This document shows positions 1 to 13,100 of a stretch of DNA of 64,000 bases, one piece after another. Every line of letters begins with the position of its first letter. The stretch's first letter is position 1. The DNA lies in the sequence record MZ622713.1, one strand, 5' to 3'. Under the pieces are notes generated by a model. The model saw only the letters and a list, made by a program, of their open reading frames with translations. It was not told the origin of the DNA and searched no databases. The translations under genes were made by a program, and so were the position numbers.

Positions 1-16
1 CGTACAACACACTTCT

Positions 17-3000
17 ATGTTGCGTGACCACCAAGTGGGTAAACGTTACATTACTAAAGTGGAGTTGGTTGCACCTTGGTTCTTGAACACCAGTGACCCT
101 GAGACACTGAACGTTCCAGTTAACACCATGTTGCAGAACTTGGCTTTCCGTGCTGTAGTGCACTACAGTGATGGTTCTAAGTCTGACGAGTTAAGTATCG
201 ATGGTCAGAAAATCCAGTTACTTGGTTTGAATGAGCACAAGCCTTCTACTCCAAGTCAACGTGGTACTTTGACTCTGGTCTACAACCTAGACCCAGACGA
301 ATACATCTACGAAGCGCAAGCTGGTAACCCTAACCAGTACCGAGCGTCTTACTGGATGTTGGCAGTACCGTTTGATGGTGCGTACTCTCCGAAGCTGTAT
401 TCTTACCCTACTTGGGTAAACGGTCAGTACATCCTAAAACACTTCCTGACTGATTTAAACCGCAGCTTCATTATTGATGCGACCGATCACGTTCGTATTA
501 ATGAGTTGTCTCCGGCTTTCCGTCCTACCACTTACGGTGTGGAACAAACACTGGAACTGAACTGTCGTCTGAGCGATGTAGTCCCTACATTCAAACCGAT
601 GATCATGCGTCAGTCAACTACGTTTGTATTGAAAGCTCCGGGTACTGAAGATGGCAGTAAGTTTGACGTTCGTTATTCTTACGACAAAGGTTCTTACTCA
701 GACCCTACGTTCAAAGCCATTAACCAAGCTGACGGTCGTCAAGAGATTGTGTTCGGTGGTGAATACGAAACCATGGAAGAATGGCTAGACCAAACTTACC
801 ATGCCGTAGAGCCGGGTTACAACCCTCAGCGTGAGAAAGGTCCTATCCCACCTACTCACTTCGAAATCCTAGCGAGTTCTGGTAAGACATACGAATACGA
901 GATTAGCCGTTATGCTGAGAAAATGTATTTGGATGTTCAAGAGCCTCAAGGTCGTACGATCTTTGTTCGCTGGATTCATGAGACTATCCAAGGTGACCGC
1001 TTATTGTTAGCCACCACTGGTATCTCTATTGACGTTACTGAAGGTCCTGATACAGAAACCCCAGTGCCGACTACTATCGAGTTTGATAGCTCTGTTCCGA
1101 GCAGCGTGGGTGAACTTCAAGTTATTGAGTTCAGTGGTCGTGTGTATGACCAGAAAGGTGCATTGGTCACCGATGGTCTGACTAAGATGTTGGTTAAGGG
1201 TGGTGTCAACCACAACTCTCTCCCACGTCGTGTTGCTATTGGCTTGGATGGTTCTTTCCGTTTCTTCACATGGTCTGAACGTGTTAGTGGTTCTACCGAG
1301 ACTTTTGAGTTCGACTTTGAAGTTGCTGGTGAAGAGCCTGAGTATTTCTTGACAAAAGAAATTCGCATCACTACTAACCAAGAACAACAAACCGGTGAGT
1401 TCTTCCCTTACACTCCTACTAAGGTAAGTGTGAGCAAAGCGGGCCGTGCATACGGTCAATTGTTAGATGCAGAAGGCAACTCTCTACGTGATACCGAGTT
1501 CTTCTCTTACGTAGACACAGACCTTGATTCCATTCGTCGTGAAACCACTGACGAACAAGGTAAGTTCTTGTTGACTCGTATTCGTAAAGAAGGTCAAGAC
1601 CGTACTACGTTCCACCTGATCGTTATGGGTAACCGTCATCAACACGTAATTCGTTGGGAAGAAACAACTCCTTACGGTGACCGTGTCGTATTAGACGTGG
1701 AAGACATGACGTTTGTCGGTGAAGAACAGTTGTCTGTTAAAGGCCGCGTTTACGACCAATACGGTGACCTAGTAGTGGGTGTTCCTGTTGAAGTGGGTTA
1801 TGGTCCATTATGGGCTCCTTACGCAGAAACCGATTCTGTTGAAAACGGTAAGTTCGAGTTAACTGGTTCTCCTAAGACTCCGGGTGCTGTTTACCAAGTG
1901 GTCGTTTGGACTGAGAACGATTTCAAGTTCGGTACCGTGGAATGGACTGAAGCACCTAAGATTGCCTTCGATATCGTCATGGACCCTGACAACGCTCCAG
2001 AAGCTCCGGCTGGCACGAGTGTTCGTATTGCGGGTCAATTGGTGGATGAAGACGGCAATAACTTTACTAGTGAAAGCCGCACACCGGTTTACATGAAAGA
2101 GATTAAGGATGCTGAAGAAACCATCATCTACGCTGGTTACGACGGTAAGTTCGAAGCTGAAGTTGGCCCTTACGGGGACTGGGAAGAAACGACGTTCGTA
2201 TTCCGCCTAGAAAACAACAACACTGGCAGTCACATGATTCGTTGGATGGGTGAACCACCACGTCTTGCTGAACTGCGATTCGACGATGGTCTTCCATTGA
2301 GTGGTGAAATGGGTGTTCCTGTGACACTTACTGGTACCACGTTCGATCAACACGGCGATGCATATCTACCGGGTGTACCATTTGAGTTTGATGTAAGCTG
2401 GGCGGGTAAATCCGACAAAGCACAATCAGACGGCAACGGTACTTGGTCTTACCGTGCGGTAGGTGACAAAGTAGGTGACACCACTTACTCGTTCTCTTCC
2501 AACAACCGTGTTATCGGTTCTTACACCATCAACTACACTGGTGATGTGACGCTGAACGCACTTCCAAACGATGATAAGATTTTCCGTGTTCCTTACGGTA
2601 TGAATCGCACCATCGGTTGGTACGTTCTTGATGAGCAAGGTAAAGGTAAGGCTGGCGTAGAACTTAATGTACGTCAGGTGTCTACTATCTACTCACCTGA
2701 ACGTGATCTAGGTACTGTTACGACCGACGAGTTTGGTATTGCTACATTTGTAGCACCTTACATCGAAGAAGAGAAAGACGGCACGTACGTTGCTTCTCTG
2801 GGTCTTAAGGAAGCGCAAGTTGTTGTTAAGTGGAGTGATGAAGCAGGCATCAGTGTTACACTAGAAGCCTTGAACGTCCCACCATTGACATTCGGTACAA
2901 CGATGCAGTTCACTGGTAAAGTCTTAGACGAAACCGGCGCACCGCTTATTGTTGATCGACCTTACACTGGTCTCTGGCTATCTGCTTACGACCGTAACAC

Positions 3001-4096
3001 GTTTGAAGTAGTACCTGTGAGTATCACTGACATCAATGCGACCACTGGTGTGTTTACGGCTGAAGTTACTGAGATGAGTCCAATTACTCGTGAATTGATC
3101 ATCTTCAACGAAGTTGACACTGAACACCATACAGTGGAGTGGCGTAACCCAGACATCAACGGTGCTTACATCGAGTGGGAAACTTCAACATTACCTACGG
3201 TGATGGTTGCTGGTGAATCTTACACGGTACGAGGTAACATTTACCAAGCCGACGGTTCATTGTACACACCAATGAGTCCTGAGACACTTTCTGTAGCAAC
3301 AGATGAAGGTGCTCAACCGGACGCTAATATTTATCCGAACGGCATGATCGCTATGGAAGTCAGCAGCGCGGATAAGAGTACTTGGAACTATACGTTATAC
3401 CGTAATATGGGATCGATCATCGATGACTCTATTGAGATCGAATGGGTAGAACAAGCATCTGTTGTTGTAGCGCCTTACTCATACAGTGAAGTCCCTCAGG
3501 GTGAATCTGGTGAAGTTTGGTTTGTCTACAAGAAAGACGGTGATACTCCTATCCAGTACCGTGATGTATTAGTAGGTGTTGGAACTCCGAGCTTTGACAA
3601 CCCTCCTAAGAAACTGACTACGGATGAATTCGGTATGGTTCACGTAACACTACCGTACAATGCGGAAGTTAGCGGGACGTCAGTTATTGGTTTATTGGGT
3701 GAAACGATCACACCGGCGGACCATACCGTCACTTGGGTGGACGACTCAGTTAAGGTTGGCACAACCTTCCGTAACTTGATCGTTCCTGATAAAGTGGCTT
3801 TGAGTGATGCGGTTGAAGTCGTAGGTGACACACTTGACAAATCTGGTGCAACCACCGATTACAGTCAAGTTGGTATTTACGATAAGACCACTCATACTTA
3901 CCATGAAAATGCGGTTAATGCAAACGGTAGCTTTAGTGTTCAACTTGGTCCTTTGGACGAAGGTGTCCATCATGTAGTAGTGTATACTGGCGCAGAGATT
4001 TCCGAGCACACAGTGACTTGGGATCCAACGTTCGTTAGTTTCACTTCGGTGGGGATTGATCCTAGCTCCAACCGTGTGGCATTAATCACGAAATAG
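17..4096 (+). CDS. Virion structural protein: non-repetitive N-terminal region followed by ~1000 aa of Ig-like (Big/carboxypeptidase-regulatory-like) repeats; probably 5'-truncated by the window edge
   Basis: 1359-aa ORF. The frame is open back to position 2 and there is no RBS before 17. After about aa 350 it has recurring G-x-VYDQ-x-G and TTD-x-x-G beta-sandwich motifs. Confidence 0.7.
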   Translation: MLRDHQVGKRYITKVELVAPWFLNTSDPETLNVPVNTMLQNLAFRAVVHYSDGSKSDELSIDGQKIQLLGLNEHKPSTPSQRGTLTLVYNLDPDEYIYEAQAGNPNQYRASYWMLAVPFDGAYSPKLYSYPTWVNGQYILKHFLTDLNRSFIIDATDHVRINELSPAFRPTTYGVEQTLELNCRLSDVVPTFKPMIMRQSTTFVLKAPGTEDGSKFDVRYSYDKGSYSDPTFKAINQADGRQEIVFGGEYETMEEWLDQTYHAVEPGYNPQREKGPIPPTHFEILASSGKTYEYEISRYAEKMYLDVQEPQGRTIFVRWIHETIQGDRLLLATTGISIDVTEGPDTETPVPTTIEFDSSVPSSVGELQVIEFSGRVYDQKGALVTDGLTKMLVKGGVNHNSLPRRVAIGLDGSFRFFTWSERVSGSTETFEFDFEVAGEEPEYFLTKEIRITTNQEQQTGEFFPYTPTKVSVSKAGRAYGQLLDAEGNSLRDTEFFSYVDTDLDSIRRETTDEQGKFLLTRIRKEGQDRTTFHLIVMGNRHQHVIRWEETTPYGDRVVLDVEDMTFVGEEQLSVKGRVYDQYGDLVVGVPVEVGYGPLWAPYAETDSVENGKFELTGSPKTPGAVYQVVVWTENDFKFGTVEWTEAPKIAFDIVMDPDNAPEAPAGTSVRIAGQLVDEDGNNFTSESRTPVYMKEIKDAEETIIYAGYDGKFEAEVGPYGDWEETTFVFRLENNNTGSHMIRWMGEPPRLAELRFDDGLPLSGEMGVPVTLTGTTFDQHGDAYLPGVPFEFDVSWAGKSDKAQSDGNGTWSYRAVGDKVGDTTYSFSSNNRVIGSYTINYTGDVTLNALPNDDKIFRVPYGMNRTIGWYVLDEQGKGKAGVELNVRQVSTIYSPERDLGTVTTDEFGIATFVAPYIEEEKDGTYVASLGLKEAQVVVKWSDEAGISVTLEALNVPPLTFGTTMQFTGKVLDETGAPLIVDRPYTGLWLSAYDRNTFEVVPVSITDINATTGVFTAEVTEMSPITRELIIFNEVDTEHHTVEWRNPDINGAYIEWETSTLPTVMVAGESYTVRGNIYQADGSLYTPMSPETLSVATDEGAQPDANIYPNGMIAMEVSSADKSTWNYTLYRNMGSIIDDSIEIEWVEQASVVVAPYSYSEVPQGESGEVWFVYKKDGDTPIQYRDVLVGVGTPSFDNPPKKLTTDEFGMVHVTLPYNAEVSGTSVIGLLGETITPADHTVTWVDDSVKVGTTFRNLIVPDKVALSDAVEVVGDTLDKSGATTDYSQVGIYDKTTHTYHENAVNANGSFSVQLGPLDEGVHHVVVYTGAEISEHTVTWDPTFVSFTSVGIDPSSNRVALITK

Positions 4097-4106
4097 GAAG
4101 TAATAA

Positions 4107-7100
4107 ATGGCAGGTATTATCAAGGGGAATCTCCTAGACGCTAATGGCGACGTGGTGATCCCGGGTAAACCGGTCACACTAAAGGCCGTCCGATCGGACG
4201 GCCTACCTGATGTGACTATCACGACCAACGCCAATGGTGATTGGTCATTTGAAGTTAATGCTGAAGTCGACTCAACGGTCGACTTCACTTTTATTTACAA
4301 CGGGGTTGATGTTGGCGCTCATGCGGTGCGCTTCTATGAAACCGCTGAAGTAGTTGGTCTACCTTATTCTAACTCTCGAGTTTTATTTGGCAAAACAGCT
4401 ACCATGGCATTTGCTGTAAAAGACCCGGAAGGAAAGGGTATTCCTTACGCAGATGTTACTATTCACCGTGGAACTGAAGGTTCTGAACCTGTCGCTACTT
4501 TAAAGACAGACCAGTTCGGAATCGTGACTTACACTGCACCTCCACACTCGGTTTATGAACGAGTGGACTTTTACGCCAAGGCTAACGACGCGACTGGTCA
4601 CTGGGGTGTTCAGTATGAGGACGGAGAAGAAGAGTTCGTAACGAAGTTAGTGGATTTCGATTACACACAACAAGTCGACGTTAACCGTCGTTTGGCTGTG
4701 TTCGGCGGAGGTCTGGAATCTTGGGGTATGATGGTCTGGATGCCACCTAAGGTGTTGTTCAATAAAGACACGTTGTCCGAAGTTCCCTTCAATGACGAAC
4801 CTGTTAATACTAACCACGTTTACATCTCGACCGACCCATTGCCTGCTGGACACCATAACTTGGTGTTTGCGATGGAAAGTGAATACCGTGAGTTTGTTGT
4901 TGAGTCCGGTAACTTCCCTGATGAAGTCATCACTGGCACACGTTCATTGTACCCTACGGTAGAAAACTTCCCTAACTTGATCTGGTGTTTGATGGAGGTC
5001 AATCTCCAAGTAGATGGCGCTGATCATCGTCCTCACGGTCTGATGAGTGTTACTGTAGAGGAAGACGGTACTTCAACAGAAGTGTTGGTTCGCCCTAATG
5101 GTGTGTTTGATTACATCGTCAAAGGTGATATTGGAGACGTTAAAAACTTCGTTTACAAGAACCCTGAAGGTGAAGAGATTGGCACACAGACTGCTACAGT
5201 CTTCAGTGCTCGCGTACGCGCTTGTGAGTACTCTGTTGATACACTTCCTACCTTGGGTAACGGTAAAGTTGCTTTTGCTGTAACAGACCCTGCTGGCAAG
5301 CCTGTGGTTAACGCCTTTACTTTGGTTAATGTGGGACATCGTGGTCGTGAACTCGTGGCCGTTTCGGATGAATACGGTATCGTAGAACTAACAGTAGAAC
5401 GTGAACCGGGTGAAAACGACACCGTCGCTCTCATCAACGTGGGTGGGTCGAATTTCGTTCGCTACGTGGTTCAATTCACTGGCGTATCAGTGGCATCTGA
5501 ATTCCGTGATTTAGATATTCCAGTACAAGGTGATACGGTTCGACCTATTACGGTAACTGGTAAAGTCTATGACCAAGGTGGGGTGGGCATTAAACCTCCG
5601 CGTTTAGGTATCTTTGATAAACAGTCTTTGACTTATCAACCTTTTGATGCGACACAGATTGGTAACGATGGTTCGTTTACTTTCGAGTACGGTCCATTGG
5701 CTAAAGGTGTTCACGATTTGGTGATTGGTTCTTCTGGTATCATTTCTGAGAAACGAACTCACTGGTCCATCGGTTTCCCTGATGGTCTTCGAGCTGAACG
5801 CATGAACTACTCGACATTACCTGACGCTTACGTTGGTGATGAAGCAGTAGTGGCTTTCCGAGCAAGTATCGTAGAGAACGCGTTATTGGTTCCAGTAGTT
5901 GGGGTTCCGGTTGTAGTCTACATCAGTTCGACCACTTTACCTACGGTTGAGTTGGCATCCAAAGAAACTGATGCTAACGGTATCGCAGAGTTCGTTATCC
6001 CACCTGAATTAGAGGGTGTGGAACTAAACGGCACTTATTCTGTTCGTGGTGTGATTGGTCCTAAGGATGTCACTACATCTATCAGTTGGGTGGATTCACG
6101 GGAAGTTACTAGTGGATTTGGTAACCTACAGTACACGGCAGAAATAAACAGTGGTGACGAGGTGGTCTTCAACTACCGCCCTCTAAACCAAGACGGTGTG
6201 GAAATGCCGGACTACGGTATAGGTTTAACTACCCGTGACCATTTCCAGATTGGCTCTTACGTCCCAGAACGCATCTTAAATGCCGATGGTTCTCGTACAG
6301 CAGTTTTCCCTCCAATGGAAGACGGTACTTACGATGTGGTATTGCACTCTGGTAACGCTCGTAACTATCTTTCTTTAACTTGGGGTGCGTTTGCAGTTCC
6401 TGTTCCAGCTGGCGTCTTGCTAGACTTTAACTCACCTACCGCTGCGGCTGTAGGGTCTAAAGCGGTTATCTCTGGTAAGGTAGTTGACGCTGACGGCTTA
6501 GTCATTAAGCCTGTAGGGGATATGGAATTAGAGTTACGTGATGAGCTAGGTACTAAGACTCAAATCAAGATCAATCCTGATGGCACTTGGTCTTTTGAAG
6601 CGACGTCCGACAGTGCTAAGTTGAAAACTTACACTCTAAGAAGTGACAACACTACGTTGTACACCCATCAGGTTAACTTCATCGCTACACCTACTTTGGA
6701 GTTCACAGGCTACACTGGTGACTTGGTTGACAAAGCCCATAAAGCTAGACTTGCCGTAATGGTGAAAGATAGTGAGTCAAACGGTGTTGAAGGTATTCTG
6801 GTTGATTTCGATGACACTTATCATGATGGTGTGCAATACGGAAGTATCTTAACCGATGAATTTGGTATCGCTGAAGTTGACATCAGTTTTGACTTGACTA
6901 CTGTGGTTGCTCCTACCACCCATCAAAACGAAGTAACTGCTTCTATCCGTCATACTGAAATCTCAGATAACAAAACTGTTCGTTGGGCTTCTGATTCTCA
7001 GAACTCAGTTATCGACATCGTTGACCTTGTGGTGAGTGACAATAACTACGAAGGTAACAAAGTTAACATTTCTGGTAAGTTAGTTGGTGCGATCAACCAA

Positions 7101-10100
7101 ACCAATAACTCGATCATGTGGTTAACCGTATTCAACAAAACTACGTTGACATACGAAATGTTCAATGGCTCCATTAACTTGGACGGAACATTCAATATCG
7201 AAGTGGGTCCTTACCCATTAGGTATGAACCAAGCGGTCATTGCTTCGAACAGTGTGGTTAAAGACATCGGTGTGGTGGTTACTGAAGCACCAGTGGTGTT
7301 GAAAGAAATTCGAGCACTTCCTTATTCAAGCACTAAGGTGAATAAGACCAGAAGCGCTACAGTGGCGTTTGCAGCGATTAACTCGCTAGATAAGCCAATG
7401 GCTGGTGAAACCATCGAACTGCGCTTAGGAAGCGATACAGGCTTCTTAATCGAGTCTAAAGTGACAGACGATCTGGGTATTGTGGAATTCAGTATTCTGG
7501 AGGATGCGGGTAACCCTAGTTCTGGTGCAATCGGCTACTTTGCAGTAAGTGGTGGTTTGAATACATCGACTTCTGTTGACTGGTCTCCTACAGGTCCAGT
7601 GGTTGAGTTGTTTGAAGGGTTTGAATCTACATCGAAAGTAAGTGGTGGTCAGAAAGGTTTGATTAAACTGGCGGCACGTTACCATGAGTCATTCACAAGT
7701 GGTATCCCGGCAACAGACCCGAACGGCAAAGTCACTCCTTGGGAAACTATGTCTTATATGGCTAACCCAAGCATTGGTGTATTTGACAAGCGTACTTTGA
7801 AACCATTGGCGTTTGAAGTTGTTAACCCGGGCATTAATGTGGCGGGTGAAGAGTTTGTGTTGATTACGGTTGATGCGCAACCAGATGGTGTTTACGATTT
7901 GGTAGTGTACGACGATAACGTCGCTGAACAAGTTACTATGACTTGGAATGCGAACTACACATTGCTCAAACCAAACAACTTCCAAACATTAGGTAACGTC
8001 TCTACAGAGTTTGTTGCCAACACCACTACTCAGTGGTTAGATGGCACGGCAACGGGTTCGGATAATGCTCCTATCGAACTAACCGGATACTTGACAGCAA
8101 TCATTGCCGGTAATGAAGAACACCCAGTTTGGATTACACCGACTGGTCGCTTTGTTACTAAGTTGGTTGAATCACGTCCGGCGGGTACATGGGCAGCAGA
8201 CTTTAAGGTAGATGGTGAAGTTGTATCTACTGTAGATATCAAGTTCCACGATCAAATGGTCGTGACGCTATTGCCTTACACAACACCAAACCCTGCTAAA
8301 GGTAAAGATGCGGTTATCGCAGCTGTTCTTAAAGACGGCTTAGGTGAACCTATCGCTGACGCTTGTGTGACGTTCACTCCGGGCGCTCGCAGTGGTTGGG
8401 GTAAACAGGTTAACCTTAAGTCTAACTTTAATGGTGTGGTGGAAACCACTTGGACGTATGATGACGCTTATCCAGAGTTCACTCTACAAACTGGGGTGAA
8501 TGGTGGTAAAGCCGGCGAAGCTAAACTAATGCGTTGGGTGGAAACACCTGAACTCACTGGTGATAGTTTTGAGACTCTCGTCGTACCTGAGAAAAACGTG
8601 GGTGATGCTAAGGCAACAATCACTGGTAAGATCTTAGACCAAGATGGTAACCCTTACTCTAATGGTGAATTGGTGATGTTTAACAAAACCACCATGGAGT
8701 CATTGAGTCTGACTGATGCTATTCAGGTAGATGGTACTTTCACCACAGAAACAGGCCCTTATCCATTCAACACTTACGAGTTGATCTTCGCTACTCGTGG
8801 TAATGTTGATCGTCGTTACTCGACTTGGGGTGGTAGTGGTATTCTTGCTAGCATCACAATCGACCCTGATAGCCCAACACGTGGTTTGTTAGGCGACAAC
8901 ATCACAATCTTTGGTACGTCTACGGACACCATTGGAACACCTTTCATTCCAGATGAAGGTTTCTATGAGTTGGATGTGGTTAACGATAAGAATGAAGAAA
9001 TTCTTCCTGTTGTTATCGACGGAACTGGCGTGTGGAGATTCAACGCTACGCATGATGTGGAAGAAACAATCACCTACACCTTTAAGGATGGTGAAACAGT
9101 TCTAGCATCACATTCTGTTGAGTTCTTTGTTGGAGCAGGTACATTACGCGACTTCAAGGTTAACAACACCGTAGCAGCTATTGACGAGACCTTTACTTTA
9201 ACAGGTGAAGTTTACAACACGGATAACCAGTTGTACCGTCCAGTGGCGGAAGAAGCATTCGTGTTACGTCTTGACGAAACCACTTCATTTATCGGCTCCA
9301 TCAATCCTGATGGTACGTTCGATGTGGATGTAACTCACGACACGGTAGAAACACTCACTTACACGTTCAACTATCTGGAAACGGATTACAATACAGTGGA
9401 CGTTCGTTGGTGTCAAACTATCACGTTATCGTTCAATGGTGATTCTCAGCCTAAAGCGGTAATTGGTAACGATGCTTACGTGTCAGTGAAAGTGGTTGAT
9501 GAGAACGGCATTGCACCAGAAGGACGTATCGTAGAGTTCTACGAAGGTGACGTTTCTGGTACACCGTTGCACAGTGAAGTAGTCGGCACCAGCTACGTAG
9601 GTTACTGGCCGGCAGCAGCAACTGTGGAAGGTGATGTAACGATCATTGCTAAACTAGGTGAACGTGAAATCCCAATGACTCTGACTTGGGTGGGTAACTC
9701 TCCTCAGATTGCAGCACGCTTTGGACGTGAAACGACAACGGCTGGCTTTGTAGTCGACCGTCTACCAGCTTCTGGTAAGTCTGCGACACTCCGTGGTAAG
9801 ATCGTTGATCAATTGGGTGCAGCTCTGGCAGGTCCTCAATACTTGAAACTGTTCGAACGCACAACGTTTACGTTGACTGATGTTTCTGATCAAGTTCAAG
9901 CAGACGGTACATTCGACATTGAAATCCCTGCTCAAGCAGACGGTGTTTACGAATACAGTCTGACGACAGAAGGTGATTCTGGTCACACTGGCACTGTTAA
10001 ATGGGATCCAGCTAACGAAGACCTTAAAACAGTGGTATTAAACGGCAGCGTACCTACTAGCGTTAACGTTGGTAGCACGATCATGTTGGAAGGTACCATT

Positions 10101-13100
10101 CAAGATAGTGACGGTGCAACTATTGCCCCAGCTGACAGCCTAACGGCTAATGTAACTACTAGCGAGGGTAGCAACTACGACATCACTATCACTCCAACGG
10201 GAACATGGCAATTAGGTTACACGTTCAGCGACCCGGGTGTGGTGTTATTTGACTTCCACACTAGCAAAGGTAAGTACTTGGGTTCAGTGGCTATTTCGGT
10301 GGCTATGGAACCACCAACATTCACGTCGATTAGATTCGATGAAGGGTTGGAGACCGAAGGTACTGTAGGTACACCAGTTAACCTACGAATGACCACACTA
10401 GACCAATACGGTGACCCAATTGGTAACGTGTCTGTAAGACCGTATGTCAATGGAGAACCGGGTTATGCGTTCCGCTCACCACCTGATGGTGCATGGGGTA
10501 TGGACGTTAACTCTGATGTTGCTGGTGAGGTACTGTACCAGTACGGTTGGGAACCTAACGTTCCATTAGTGGGTCACACGGTATTGTGGAAACTTCCAGT
10601 ATCGTCTATTGAGAGTCTACGTTATTCTGATTCTAATGCGGTTCCGGGTCAAGATGCTTTCGCGGCATTTGCAGCTCTGAATGCAGCAGGTGAAGGGATT
10701 GAAGGTGTTCCTATTACACTGCACCTAGATAATGCTAGTGGAACCGAGCACGCAACGGTTACTACTGATTCGTTCGGTATTGCTGAGTTCACTATCCCTC
10801 AATCAGGAACAGATAGCTCTCGCTTGGTTTACGCCAAGTATGGGGATGTGGTTAAAGAACGCCGTCAATGGTGGGCTAGTTCCGCAACGTCTCCAGCGAC
10901 AGGCTTTGCTAATCTTACTATTACTTCACCGGTACCAAATGGTGAACGTGCTATGGTTAGTGTGCAGGCAGTCAGTAAAGATGGAGACCCTCGTCCACTG
11001 GCTTCTATTGGTGTGTTTGATCGCAACACCTTGGATCAAGTCACAGTTAATAAAGTGTCGACAGGTGAAAGTAAGTCATTCCTACTAGACTTTGCTGGCA
11101 CTGGAACGGGTAACTACATCTTGGTAACAGACGCTGGTCGAACAGACTTCACTGTAACTTGGGATGACTCTGTTAAGAAGAACCCTGATGGTTTGATCTT
11201 TGATGCAACTTCACCGGATGCTTTCGCAGTAAACGTGTGGACTCGCATCAGTGGTAACTTGACTGAAGGTGGGGTTCCTGTAACCGACCTGAACAGTTAC
11301 GTTAAACCAACAGTGACAGTAGGTGGTGTGGAAACATACCTTGATGTTAACCTTGATACCGGTGCGTTCTCTGCAATGGTTCGTGGTACGGCAGAAGGGG
11401 ATTCAACTTACACGTTCAAACTGAACGATAACGTAGTTGCTACTAAGACTTACAAAGTCGTGGACGCAGTAACGTTCGGTGATATGGATGTGTTAACCAC
11501 AACAGCTCCTAAGGTTTATCAGGCGGCTGATGTTGGTGTAGTAGTTAAAGATGGTGCAGGTAACAGCATCCCGGGTGTTTACGTTACTTGGAGTGTGACT
11601 GGTGAAGCAGAACCTCGTGGTACGTCTAAGTCTGACGAAGATGGCATCGCAACGTTTAGCATCCCTTACATCCTAGGTACGTCGACCATGGAAGTTGTCG
11701 CGACTGTTAACTCAGTGACTAGCGCAACAACCGTAACTTGGAAAGCGAGTAATGAACTATCTGACGTAGACTTTGAGACCTTAGTAGTCCCAACTGAGAT
11801 CTACGACTTAGAGAAAGCTACTATTACCGGTAAGGTAATCAACCAATCTAGCGAAGGCACAACAACAACGAAGTTCGACGTTTATCACCGTGACATGCTG
11901 ACTTACACAAGTCATGCGGCTGATGTTCAACCGGATGGTACGTTTAGCTTTGAAATTGGACCGTTCGATATCGGAGTGAATCACTTCTACTTCTGTATTA
12001 ACGGTAAACGTGAAGCGCGTGACATTACAGTAATGGAGCGCACAGACCCAAAGCTTAGTACGGTAGAACTGGACGAGAGCAATCCTACGGAGGGGAACTC
12101 AAGCGAAGTTCTTACCGTGAGTGGTACAGGCTATGATCAGTACGGTGAACTATACCCTAACGGGGAAGTTCAATGGTCAATCGGTGGAGATGCCCAACCT
12201 CCATTGATGACCGGTCCTGATGGTAAGTTCTCTACTCAGGTAACGAACAATGCAGATGGTCCTGTAGTTTACAGCTTCGGCGGTAACGACGGTATCCCTG
12301 CAAGAGAGCTGACGATCACATGGACAATAGTGAACCTGTATTCCTTTGGCTTTACAGGTCCGTCACACATTAAACGCACACAGGGTGATGCAGCTCGCTT
12401 AGAGGTGTATCTAACTGATGAGAACGGCGCTGGAGTCTCCAACGCTAGCGTCGTTCTGAAAGATAAGGCAACTGGTGCTACGTTAACCACCATGACGACG
12501 AACAGTCGAGGTACGGCGAACTACAACGTATCGTACAAGTCTGGTGAAAACGTTCGTACTATTGTTGCGACTTATGACACCATGACTGCGGAACATGAAG
12601 TTGTTTGGGTTCCGGCAACGACTAAATACGCAGCAGGGTTTAGCAGTCTGTACATGGATACTCGTATTGCTTCTGGTAAGAAAGCAACCATTCGTGGTAA
12701 GCTTGCTGACCAAGATGGTAATCCGATTACGACTGCAACGAAAGTGGGTGTGTTCAACACTGTTAACTTGGATGATATTGATATTACTGATCGCATCCAA
12801 CCAGACGGTACGTTTGAATACGAATACGGTCCGGTGGCCGATGGTACGTTCTCTACGTTTGTTTACACAGACGGTGGATATAAGAGCGGAGTATTGGTGT
12901 GGAGTACTAGCAACCAAGACATTAAACGTGTGGTCTTTGATGAGGACATTCCTCGCATGGCACCGGGTAATGGTCGAGTTATGTTGCACGGTACACTGGT
13001 GGATACTGAAGGTAACAAGGTTATTCCTAAGTACACTACGGCATGTACAGCTTACGCCGATGGTGGACAAACCTTCACTGGCTCTATCACCACATCAGGA

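Noticed and set aside
4091-4109. Programmed frameshift or readthrough fusing ORF1 to the 3522-aa ORF
   Set aside because: ORF2's frame has two TAA stops (4101, 4104) just before its ATG, it has its own RBS, and no slippery heptamer is present.
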